From positions 1 to 24,721 of IMG/VR virus record IMGVR_UViG_3300020248_000008: a DNA stretch of 24,721 nucleotides. One strand, 5' to 3'. The DNA is from a virus. Its lineage: Duplodnaviria > Caudoviricetes. The notes under the pieces are model-generated. The model searched no databases and was not told the origin of the DNA. It saw only the letters and a list, made by a program, of their open reading frames with translations. Below are positions 1-5,527 of this stretch, in pieces. The first letter of the stretch is position 1; the number at the start of each line of letters is the position of its first letter. The translations under genes were made by a program, and so were the position numbers.

Positions 1-326
1 CATTCGTCTACTGTTGCTGCTTCCCAAATAGGGTAGAAGTGTAGACCGATTGCGTTTGAAGATGGAACTACAGCACCTGAGATGATGTTGTTACCATACA
101 TAAAAGAACCCGCAACTGGTTCTCTGATTCCATCGATGTCCACAGGAGGAGCAGCGATGAATGCTACGATGAAACACGCTGCTGCTGTTAGCAAGCAAGG
201 AATCATTAAAACACCAAACCAACCAACATAAAGTCTGTTGTTTGTTGATGTTACCCACTCACAGAATTCTGGCCACCCTGCTAGGAGACCACCTGATCTG
301 CGGGATTGAGTTGAAAGAGTTGTCAT
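1..326 (-). CDS. psbA: Photosystem II D1 protein, N-terminal part (runs off the window start)
   Basis: Manual translation from ATG at 326: [108 protein letters not shown]. Clear D1 sequence; absent from the ORF track. Confidence 0.99.
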   Translation of the reverse strand, partial: MTTLSTQSRRSGGLLAGWPEFCEWVTSTNNRLYVGWFGVLMIPCLLTAAACFIVAFIAAPPVDIDGIREPVAGSFMYGNNIISGAVVPSSNAIGLHFYPIWEAATVDE

Positions 327-328
327 TA

Positions 329-446
329 GTAAGACGATTTAAGTAGGGCACCAAGGGTAGATGCGAAACTTATTTCCAGTAATCCCTCACTACTGGATAG
401 AAAGACGAAGTATTATACTGCCTATAGGTCTTGGTTTACGAGCAGT
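329..446 (-). ncRNA. Structured psbA 5' leader, probably PhotoRC-II-type RNA motif
   Basis: Three hairpins in the minus-strand RNA: ACUGC..GCAGU (446-417), UCCAGUA-GUGAGGGAU-UACUGGA (397-375) and GCAUC-UACCCUU-GGUGC (364-348). PhotoRC-II is known upstream of cyanophage psbA. Family assigned from position and recall. Confidence 0.7.
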
Positions 447-482
447 TTGTACGCAGGGTGACGATAATTTCGGGTCCTTTGT

Positions 483-519
483 AAAAAAAGATCGAGGAAG
501 TTACAAAACTTCACGATCT
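483..519 (-). terminator. Terminator-like hairpin with U-tract overlapping the predicted psbA TSS
   Basis: RNA AGAUCG-U-GAAGUU-UUGU-AACUUC-CU-CGAUCU followed by UUUUUU. Confidence 0.55.
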
Positions 520-523
520 ACCT

Positions 524-552
524 ATTATATATGCGTTTCAACACTTTGTCAA
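524..552 (-). promoter_or_regulatory. Perfect sigma70-type promoter for psbA
   Basis: TTGACA (552-547), 17 bp spacer, TATAAT (529-524). Confidence 0.9.
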
Positions 553-555
553 GAG

Positions 556-843
556 TTACATTCCATTCCAGAATGTATCTGTTGGTGTTGCCATATTCCT
601 TGAGATAAAATACAGACCTACGTTGCATAGAAACCAATAGATATTAGTTATCCACGCTTGTCTCCAACAATATCTTCTATTAGATTGTACGATATACATA
701 TTTCTTTCATTCATTGATGCGTCAACAGATAAAGGTCTAAACTTTATCCACTGTTCTAATAACAATGAGATTACAAAACCAACAGCAAAGATGTAGAACA
801 AAAGGTTTAAGAACCCTGCTGCTGTAAATAAAAATGCGAGCAT
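556..843 (-). CDS. Hypothetical membrane protein (95 aa)
   Basis: ORF track; hydrophobic N-terminus and second hydrophobic segment; abuts the upstream gene. Confidence 0.75.
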   Translation of the reverse strand: MLAFLFTAAGFLNLLFYIFAVGFVISLLLEQWIKFRPLSVDASMNERNMYIVQSNRRYCWRQAWITNIYWFLCNVGLYFISRNMATPTDTFWNGM

Positions 844-844
844 T

Positions 845-1318
845 TTACTCTCCTAGTTTGTGAATTACTGGTTTTTCTTTTGTGAGTGCATTATAAAGAT
901 CTATATTAGTTGCAGAAGACACAGGATAAAACTCTGCACTTGGGTCAAATCCATCATATCTCTTTGCCTGATTAATAACTATTGAACCATCTTCTCCTGA
1001 TACCGATCTATGGAATGTACCACGAGGTATAAACAATGCTCCGTTGTGAACATTTAGATGCACAATATGATAAGGATATTTCCAAGAATAGTTTACCAGT
1101 TCAAATGTTCTCTGCCCTGATACAACTCTATTGTAATCATCTTGGAAACTATGAATGTAGAATTGCTTTGCACCCACACTATCGTTTGGTGGTGATGTAG
1201 CAGGACCTGTGTGTACTACAAGGTCACTAGCATTAGATTCTTCTACAGATATATCATAAAAAATAACATCGTCTGTCTCTCTAAACACACGATGTTTTTT
1301 GTAGTGTACATCACTCAT
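845..1318 (-). CDS. Cupin-fold-like hypothetical protein of a cyanobacteria/cyanophage family
   Basis: FYIHSFQDDYNRVVSG and LFIPRGTFHRS resemble cupin motifs 1 and 2. Confidence 0.65.
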   Translation of the reverse strand: MSDVHYKKHRVFRETDDVIFYDISVEESNASDLVVHTGPATSPPNDSVGAKQFYIHSFQDDYNRVVSGQRTFELVNYSWKYPYHIVHLNVHNGALFIPRGTFHRSVSGEDGSIVINQAKRYDGFDPSAEFYPVSSATNIDLYNALTKEKPVIHKLGE

Positions 1319-1532
1319 AAAGATCAGATCCTATTTCAAAATACTTTTTGATTACTTCAATACGTTCTTCTTCTTTTGCAATCAAATCAATTTGATCTTG
1401 TATTGCACCTAAAACGTCAGGGTGTTCTCCAATACCGACAGGACTCTTGAGATATATCTCAATGTTCATCTTTGCTTTCTTGATGTTGCCGATAGAGAGT
1501 GACTTCAGTGCCTCTAACATTTCTCTTCTCAT
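1311..1532 (-). CDS. Conserved cyanophage hypothetical protein (73 aa)
   Basis: ORF track; PVGIGEHPD motif recalled from marine T4-like phages. Confidence 0.8.
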   Translation of the reverse strand: MRREMLEALKSLSIGNIKKAKMNIEIYLKSPVGIGEHPDVLGAIQDQIDLIAKEEERIEVIKKYFEIGSDLYE

Positions 1533-1534
1533 AA

Positions 1535-1708
1535 TTAATCTTTTCTAATTGATGTTGTACTGTATATCAGTATCCCTATTGTAATTAGTCCTAGGAAAAC
1601 TGCGAGTGATGGACCTACATTAAATTCAAAGTGTGGAATTAATGCGTGTTCACATTTAGTCCAAGTTCCAGGAAGAGTATATACTGGTGGACAAGATAGA
1701 AAAATCAT
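1535..1708 (-). CDS. 57-aa single-TM protein, possibly a truncated or divergent phage PsbN-like protein
   Basis: Manual translation MIFLSCPPVYTLPGTWTKCEHALIPHFEFNVGPSLAVFLGLITIGILIYSTTSIRKD; TAATG coupling with the upstream ORF. Confidence 0.65.
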   Translation of the reverse strand: MIFLSCPPVYTLPGTWTKCEHALIPHFEFNVGPSLAVFLGLITIGILIYSTTSIRKD

Positions 1709-1788
1709 TAGCGTACATAGGCGAATTGTGGGAGATATAATACCATAGCAGATATTATAAGAAGTATCAACAAATATGACACTTTCAT
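1708..1788 (-). CDS. 26-aa hydrophobic microprotein
   Basis: MKVSYLLILLIISAMVLYLPQFAYVR; GGAG upstream; stop overlaps the next start (TAATG). Confidence 0.6.
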   Translation of the reverse strand: MKVSYLLILLIISAMVLYLPQFAYVR

Positions 1789-1792
1789 TAAG

Positions 1793-1972
1793 TTAGTCTC
1801 CAAGTTTATCTATGTTGTATCTTACACGAAATGCTTCGTCAAGTCCATCTGTGTCAGTGTTTCCACTTGTGATCCAATAGTCACAGAACTCGTAGACTTT
1901 TTGGTTGTCACAAACTTTGAAATACTTCTTCAGTTGTAGGTAAGATTTTGTTCTGAGTGAAAGGTCAGTCAT
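1793..1972 (-). CDS. Hypothetical protein (59 aa)
   Basis: MTDLSLRTKSYLQLKKYFKVCDNQKVYEFCDYWITSGNTDTDGLDEAFRVRYNIDKLGD; 8-nt overlap with the upstream ORF. Confidence 0.7.
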   Translation of the reverse strand: MTDLSLRTKSYLQLKKYFKVCDNQKVYEFCDYWITSGNTDTDGLDEAFRVRYNIDKLGD

Positions 1973-2132
1973 CTTGTACTCTTCTTATTCTAGTTTTATT
2001 GTAGACCATATTTTGAGATTGTCTACAGAGGTAAAGATAAAATTCAGATTTTGCATCAGATAAATTACGATAGTTATTCATCTTAATCCACTTGTTTGAA
2101 TTTTCTGTCTGGTACTCAAGTCTATATTTCAT
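1965..2132 (-). CDS. Hypothetical protein (55 aa)
   Basis: MKYRLEYQTENSNKWIKMNNYRNLSDAKSEFYLYLCRQSQNMVYNKTRIRRVQDD; fills the gap exactly. Confidence 0.6.
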   Translation of the reverse strand: MKYRLEYQTENSNKWIKMNNYRNLSDAKSEFYLYLCRQSQNMVYNKTRIRRVQDD

Positions 2133-2164
2133 AAAAAAGGGTAGCGTTAGTTTGTGCTACCCTT
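2133..2164 (-). terminator. Intrinsic terminator ending the hli operon
   Basis: AAGGGUAGC-ACAAACUAAC-GCUACCCUU then UUUU; perfect 9-bp stem. Confidence 0.75.
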
Positions 2165-2169
2165 ATATA

Positions 2170-2250
2170 TTATGCGTAAAATAAACTTGTTATATTGCCG
2201 TTAATGGCAAATGCTGCGAGTACTACAGCAAAAAGTAATTGATACTTCAT
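2170..2250 (-). CDS. 26-aa hydrophobic microprotein
   Basis: MKYQLLFAVVLAAFAINGNITSLFYA; AGGAG RBS and TAATG coupling. Confidence 0.65.
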   Translation of the reverse strand: MKYQLLFAVVLAAFAINGNITSLFYA

Positions 2251-2438
2251 TATGCTCCTGATGGTGCGTAGTTATAAACAGGAGTCATTACTCCTCCTCC
2301 ACCGTCGTCATCATCATCGTCATCATCAAAAGGCAAGTCACCTAGCATCAACCAACTGCATAAGAATACCGTAATTACAGGTAAAAAAGGAAACAGTATG
2401 GTATTGACCCAAGTATTATAATCTGCCTCTAAGATCAT
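2250..2438 (-). CDS. Small membrane protein with poly-Asp/poly-Gly tail
   Basis: ORF track; TM segment followed by DDDDDDDDGGGG; TAATG-coupled on both sides. Confidence 0.8.
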   Translation of the reverse strand: MILEADYNTWVNTILFPFLPVITVFLCSWLMLGDLPFDDDDDDDDGGGGVMTPVYNYAPSGA

Positions 2439-2572
2439 TAAACAAATCCTGGTATGATTTGTCCTGTAGTTAAGTAAGCACCTAGTCCTGCAACGATACC
2501 TAGCATTGCTAGTCTTCCGTTTAGTTTTTCAGCAACTAACTTTTCTTTTTCGATTGGTTTTTTGTTTGTCAT
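2438..2572 (-). CDS. hli: High-light inducible protein (44 aa)
   Basis: MTNKKPIEKEKLVAEKLNGRLAMLGIVAGLGAYLTTGQIIPGFV; AExxNGRxAM and TGQIIPG motifs; not in the ORF track. Confidence 0.95.
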   Translation of the reverse strand: MTNKKPIEKEKLVAEKLNGRLAMLGIVAGLGAYLTTGQIIPGFV

Positions 2573-2573
2573 T

Positions 2574-2663
2574 TTATACGAATGCGGTTGTTAATGTACT
2601 TGCTCCTAGTGCCATTGCGAAAATGTATGGCACAATTCTAAGTGGCACAGGATGTCTTTTCAT
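2574..2663 (-). CDS. 29-aa hydrophobic microprotein within the hli cluster
   Basis: MKRHPVPLRIVPYIFAMALGASTLTTAFV; fills the space between two hli genes exactly. Confidence 0.65.
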   Translation of the reverse strand: MKRHPVPLRIVPYIFAMALGASTLTTAFV

Positions 2664-2771
2664 TTAGAATATACCTGGAATGATTTGACCTGTGAATGTG
2701 TAAGCACCAACTGCTGCAACGAAACCAAGCATTGCTGCCCAACCGTTAAATCTTTCTGCTTCTGGAGTCAT
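2664..2771 (-). CDS. hli: High-light inducible protein (35 aa; in-frame alternative start at 2816)
   Basis: MTPEAERFNGWAAMLGFVAAVGAYTFTGQIIPGIF; GAGG RBS upstream; not in the ORF track. Confidence 0.95.
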   Translation of the reverse strand: MTPEAERFNGWAAMLGFVAAVGAYTFTGQIIPGIF

Positions 2772-2815
2772 TAGTTTTTCCTCTTTGTTGATTGTGAATT
2801 GTGATTGAAATTTCA

Positions 2816-2929
2816 TTAATAGAATCCTGGAATTATCCATCCAGTAAAACCGTAGTTTATTACAGCGATGGCGAAACCCATCATTGCTAATCTACCGTTT
2901 GTTTGCTCTGCGTTCTTCCAATAGTTCAT
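2816..2929 (-). CDS. hli: High-light inducible protein (37 aa)
   Basis: MNYWKNAEQTNGRLAMMGFAIAVINYGFTGWIIPGFY; start at 2929 is TAATG-coupled (the track ORF is over-extended). Confidence 0.95.
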   Translation of the reverse strand: MNYWKNAEQTNGRLAMMGFAIAVINYGFTGWIIPGFY

Positions 2930-3126
2930 TAGAAGATACCTGGAATGATTTGCCCTGTAGTTGCGTATGCACCTATCAATGCTACGAATCCGATCATCGC
3001 CCAACGACCGTTGACTTTCTCAGCATTCTGAGGATAACCTTCGTAGGAAACAGACTCATCTATGTAAGGTCTGGTTTCGGTTGGGAAGGCATTTTGTCTT
3101 CCACCTGATTCAGTAATAACTGTCAT
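2929..3126 (-). CDS. hli: High-light inducible protein (65 aa, long N-terminus type)
   Basis: MTVITESGGRQNAFPTETRPY...NAEKVNGRWAMIGFVALIGAYATTGQIIPGIF; start placed at 3126, downstream of the promoter. Confidence 0.95.
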   Translation of the reverse strand: MTVITESGGRQNAFPTETRPYIDESVSYEGYPQNAEKVNGRWAMIGFVALIGAYATTGQIIPGIF

Positions 3127-3153
3127 TGTCTTTTGTAAAGAAACGTTACATAT

Positions 3154-3183
3154 ATTATATAGCATTGTAAAGATTTGTGTCAA
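3154..3183 (-). promoter_or_regulatory. Sigma70-type promoter of the hli operon
   Basis: TTGACA (3183-3178), 18 bp spacer, TATAAT (3159-3154). Confidence 0.85.
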
Positions 3184-3240
3184 GTATTTTAATAAAATGA
3201 GTACAAATCCTTACTTAATATGCTGATATGTAAACTTATA

Positions 3241-3495
3241 TTACGAGATTAGTGTAGCATCTGTATCAGAACTGTCACGTACGTAACAAGGAGGTCCTGA
3301 TGGGTCTAACCATTTGGTGTACTCGAAGTCCTCTATAGCGGTCATCATCTGATCCATATTGTCACAGTAGTACATTGTTTTGTATCTCTCTGTGTACTCA
3401 TCAAACTTTAGAATACGACAATCTGGTTTGCCATTGATCTCTAGATCACCACAAGTAACATACTTGTATGGGAATCTCTCGTGAATTAGTTGCAT
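3241..3495 (-). CDS. Conserved cyanophage hypothetical protein (likely start MQLIHERFPY)
   Basis: ORF track 3241..3525; ATG at 3495 preferred because the GTG at 3525 abuts a terminator U-tract. Confidence 0.75.
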   Translation of the reverse strand: MQLIHERFPYKYVTCGDLEINGKPDCRILKFDEYTERYKTMYYCDNMDQMMTAIEDFEYTKWLDPSGPPCYVRDSSDTDATLIS

Positions 3496-3525
3496 AATAA
3501 TATTGTTAGTGTACTTATTATACAC

Positions 3526-3551
3526 AAAAAAAGACCCCTGTGTAGGGGTCT
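3526..3551 (-). terminator. Intrinsic terminator
   Basis: AGACCCCU-ACAC-AGGGGUCU followed by a U-run, directly at the endonuclease stop. Confidence 0.9.
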
Positions 3552-4017
3552 ATGTGACGGATTCAGAATCGTAATAGTCTTTTTTATAATAACGACCAAG
3601 TATGTTGCTGTTATAGTATGCAGGTGTACCGTCTTTTAATTTTTCTGTTAATACATTGTTGGCAAAAAGTTGTCGTGTCTCTTCATAGTTTGTCTTTCCA
3701 ACGGTGGGATGTAAGGAGAGTATTCTTCTGGAAAAACATTGCTTTCCGTACTCCTTAATATCTCGCTTAAGATCTGGACAACTTCCATAGTAATTCTTCC
3801 AGTCGCTTTCACTCGTACGTCTCCTACCTCCACCTCTAGGTTTTCGTTTTTGAACAAAGTATTTGCGTCCGATATACTTTTGTCCAGTGCGTTCGTTTGT
3901 GATGACATAGACGAACCCGTAACTACTCCCAATGTCAGTGCTGTTAAAGATATTGCTATCAAAGATCCACGGGTTATCATAGTGTTGTTCATTCGTGTTC
4001 GACTCCTTCTTGTTCAT
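3550..4017 (-). CDS. GIY-YIG family endonuclease
   Basis: GFVYVITNERTGQKYIGRK (GIY-YIG variant), YYGS, and a conserved Glu helix plus YYN; ATG at 4017 preferred over the track start at 4080. Confidence 0.85.
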   Translation of the reverse strand: MNKKESNTNEQHYDNPWIFDSNIFNSTDIGSSYGFVYVITNERTGQKYIGRKYFVQKRKPRGGGRRRTSESDWKNYYGSCPDLKRDIKEYGKQCFSRRILSLHPTVGKTNYEETRQLFANNVLTEKLKDGTPAYYNSNILGRYYKKDYYDSESVT

Positions 4018-4138
4018 ACTGTGGTAAATGATCAGGTCCCTCAGTATATGTAGTAACATCTGAGTAGACTTCTGATTCAAGTTCGTTGATTAGATACTTC
4101 AATTCTCCAATCAAAACTTTGAGTTTGTCTTTATCCAT
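3989..4138 (-). CDS. Conserved cyanophage hypothetical protein (49 aa)
   Basis: MDKDKLKVLIGELKYLINELESEVYSDV...; 8-nt overlap with the talC end. Confidence 0.75.
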   Translation of the reverse strand: MDKDKLKVLIGELKYLINELESEVYSDVTTYTEGPDHLPQYEQEGVEHE

Positions 4139-4796
4139 TTTGTAAATCGGATTGTAATGCTTTCCAGTCTTCATTAAAACGTGCAAGTCCTATGTCTGTC
4201 AAGACGTGTTGATACATTTTCCAAAAAATACCTATTGGCATAGTAACTACATCAGCACCTGCTTTCCAACTGTCTGTGACCTGTTTAACATCCCTTATAG
4301 AAGCAGATAAGATCTGTGTCTCTATGTCGTGCATCATATACAAATCTGATATACCTTTAATCAATCCTATACCATCAAATGAATTGTCATTAACACGTCC
4401 TACAAAAGGTGAGACATATGTTGCACCTGCTTTTGCTGCAAGAACTGCTTGTGCTTCTGAGAAGATTAAAGTTACATTTGTTTTGATACCATCTTCTGTA
4501 AGATCACTACACGCTTTCAATCCTTCTACGTTACAGGGTAATTTAATTGTTACGTTAGGTGCTATCTGATAGTAGTCTACTGCCATCTCTAGCATATCGT
4601 CTGCTGTTTCTCCAACGACTTCAGCACTAACTGACGAACTCCACGAAAATAATTCTGTAATTTTTTGGATTACATCCATAGGTTCCATCCCTTGCTTTTT
4701 CATTAGAGATGGGTTTGTTGTTACTCCATCAACTAAACCTGTTTCTATTGCAGGTTTAAGTAATTCTGGATCAGAACAGTCTAGAAATATTTTCAT
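4131..4796 (-). CDS. talC: Transaldolase TalC (auxiliary metabolic gene)
   Basis: MKIFLD, GVTTNPSL, VTIKLP (Schiff-base Lys), YVSPFVGR, ILSASIR; AAGGA RBS before ATG 4796. Confidence 0.97.
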   Translation of the reverse strand: MKIFLDCSDPELLKPAIETGLVDGVTTNPSLMKKQGMEPMDVIQKITELFSWSSSVSAEVVGETADDMLEMAVDYYQIAPNVTIKLPCNVEGLKACSDLTEDGIKTNVTLIFSEAQAVLAAKAGATYVSPFVGRVNDNSFDGIGLIKGISDLYMMHDIETQILSASIRDVKQVTDSWKAGADVVTMPIGIFWKMYQHVLTDIGLARFNEDWKALQSDLQNG

Positions 4797-4817
4797 TGGA
4801 CGTTTCCTTTTTGTCAT

Positions 4818-4825
4818 TATTTAGT
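4818..4825 (-). promoter_or_regulatory. T4-like late promoter variant (ACTAAATA) upstream of talC
   Basis: Core TAAATA matches the gp55 consensus TATAAATA; lies between the terminator and the talC RBS. Confidence 0.55.
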
Positions 4826-4831
4826 TCGAGT

Positions 4832-4858
4832 AAAAAAAAGAGACCCTTGCGGATCTCT
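4832..4858 (-). terminator. Intrinsic terminator ending the riboswitch/DUF4278 operon
   Basis: AGAGAUCC-GCAA-GGGUCUCU followed by U7; GNRA loop; the G-U pair fixes the minus strand. Confidence 0.9.
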
Positions 4859-4860
4859 AT

Positions 4861-4888
4861 ATTATAACATTAATTTTCTGTTTGTCTA
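4861..4888 (-). promoter_or_regulatory. Possible sigma70 extended -10 promoter for talC
   Basis: TAGACA (4888-4883), 16 bp spacer, TGn-TATAAT (hexamer 4866-4861). Confidence 0.5.
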
Positions 4889-5058
4889 GGGTTATGCAGA
4901 AACCAGTTATTTATATTGAATGTATCTAATCGAACCCATTTAGCGTAATGAACTCCTCTATAGCATAGCATAGCGAAGACCTCTTTCGGATCGTGGATCT
5001 CAGGATCATACTCTGGTAAATCATAGTCAAGACCCCAACTAAAATGGATTCTTAACAT
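4870..5058 (-). CDS. Hypothetical protein with a YRGV motif (62 aa)
   Basis: ORF track; GGAGG and AAGG upstream; LCYRGVHY segment. Confidence 0.75.
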   Translation of the reverse strand: MLRIHFSWGLDYDLPEYDPEIHDPKEVFAMLCYRGVHYAKWVRLDTFNINNWFLHNPRQTEN

Positions 5059-5063
5059 AGACC

Positions 5064-5156
5064 TTATCCCTCCAATCTTTGCAGTAGACGGACTTCAAAA
5101 TAAAATAGTGAAAGGGCAACTGCCATAAGGAGGGTTATCTGAGTAACAATCATCAT
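5064..5156 (-). CDS. 30-aa hydrophobic microprotein
   Basis: MMIVTQITLLMAVALSLFYFEVRLLQRLEG; AAGGAGGAG RBS and ATGA overlap with the DUF4278 stop. Confidence 0.7.
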   Translation of the reverse strand: MMIVTQITLLMAVALSLFYFEVRLLQRLEG

Positions 5157-5281
5157 TTGTTCTCCTCCTTTACTTTTAGACCTCTATAAACGAGATTCTT
5201 TTGTTGTGGTTGTTGAGTCTTCTGACTCTGTACACGAGCGTCGGTATCATAAGGGATACCACGATAAGTTACTTGTGCCAT
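5153..5281 (-). CDS. DUF4278-like small protein (putative glutamine synthetase inactivating-factor relative)
   Basis: MAQVTYRGIPYDTDARVQSQKTQQPQQKNLVYRGLKVKEENK has two YRG motifs; AGGAG RBS at 5293-5289. Confidence 0.85.
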   Translation of the reverse strand: MAQVTYRGIPYDTDARVQSQKTQQPQQKNLVYRGLKVKEENK

Positions 5282-5318
5282 TTGTTTACTCCTAAAGTAG
5301 TTGGATGTTTTTAAGATC

Positions 5319-5524
5319 CGTTCCTTCAGTCGTTTGCGTCCCAATTACATTCTACTCCCATCGCCTCTGGCAAATAAACTGTATAGAGTTCTATAAGTTC
5401 TTCCCTCTCTTGAGGTGTAAGATCTGGATAACTCTTTGCTTTCTCTACCTTTGCAGCAATCTCTGCACAGGTAAAACCGTTAGTTGCAATGAGTAAAGCA
5501 AGTAGATGAATCATAGGATGAACG
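5319..5524 (-). ncRNA. Glutamine-II (Downstream-peptide)-like riboswitch aptamer 2, split by an ORF
   Basis: 5' half CGUUCAUCCUA (5524-5514); 3' half UGGGACGCAAACGACUGAAGGAACG (5343-5319). P1 CGUUC/GAACG, P2 UCCUA/UGGGA. Directly upstream of the DUF4278-like gene. Confidence 0.8.
5326..5514 (-). CDS. Aptamer-embedded small protein B (62 aa)
   Basis: ORF track; aligns without gaps to the core of 5539..5745; no obvious Shine-Dalgarno. Confidence 0.75.
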   Translation of the reverse strand: MIHLLALLIATNGFTCAEIAAKVEKAKSYPDLTPQEREELIELYTVYLPEAMGVECNWDAND

Positions 5525-5527
5525 TAC

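Noticed and set aside
3134-3150. TGTA-N9-TACA as an NtcA site
   Set aside because: The NtcA consensus is GTA-N8-TAC; the spacing is off by one and HLR1 fits better.
2930-3183. Extended starts for hli ORFs (3004 and 3183)
   Set aside because: 3004 lies inside the upstream hli gene, and the TTG at 3183 is the -35 box.
3648-3992. Alternative-frame 114-aa ORF with an ATGA-coupled start and AGGAG, hinting at a frameshift into the GIY-YIG gene
   Set aside because: The endonuclease has its own in-frame ATG at 4017, there is no slippery sequence, and the product is featureless. It is not fully excluded without homolog alignment.
5282-5344. N-terminal extension of the DUF4278-like ORF in the track (TTG start)
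   Set aside because: It overlaps aptamer 2 and ORF B; the ATG at 5281 has a strong AGGAG RBS.
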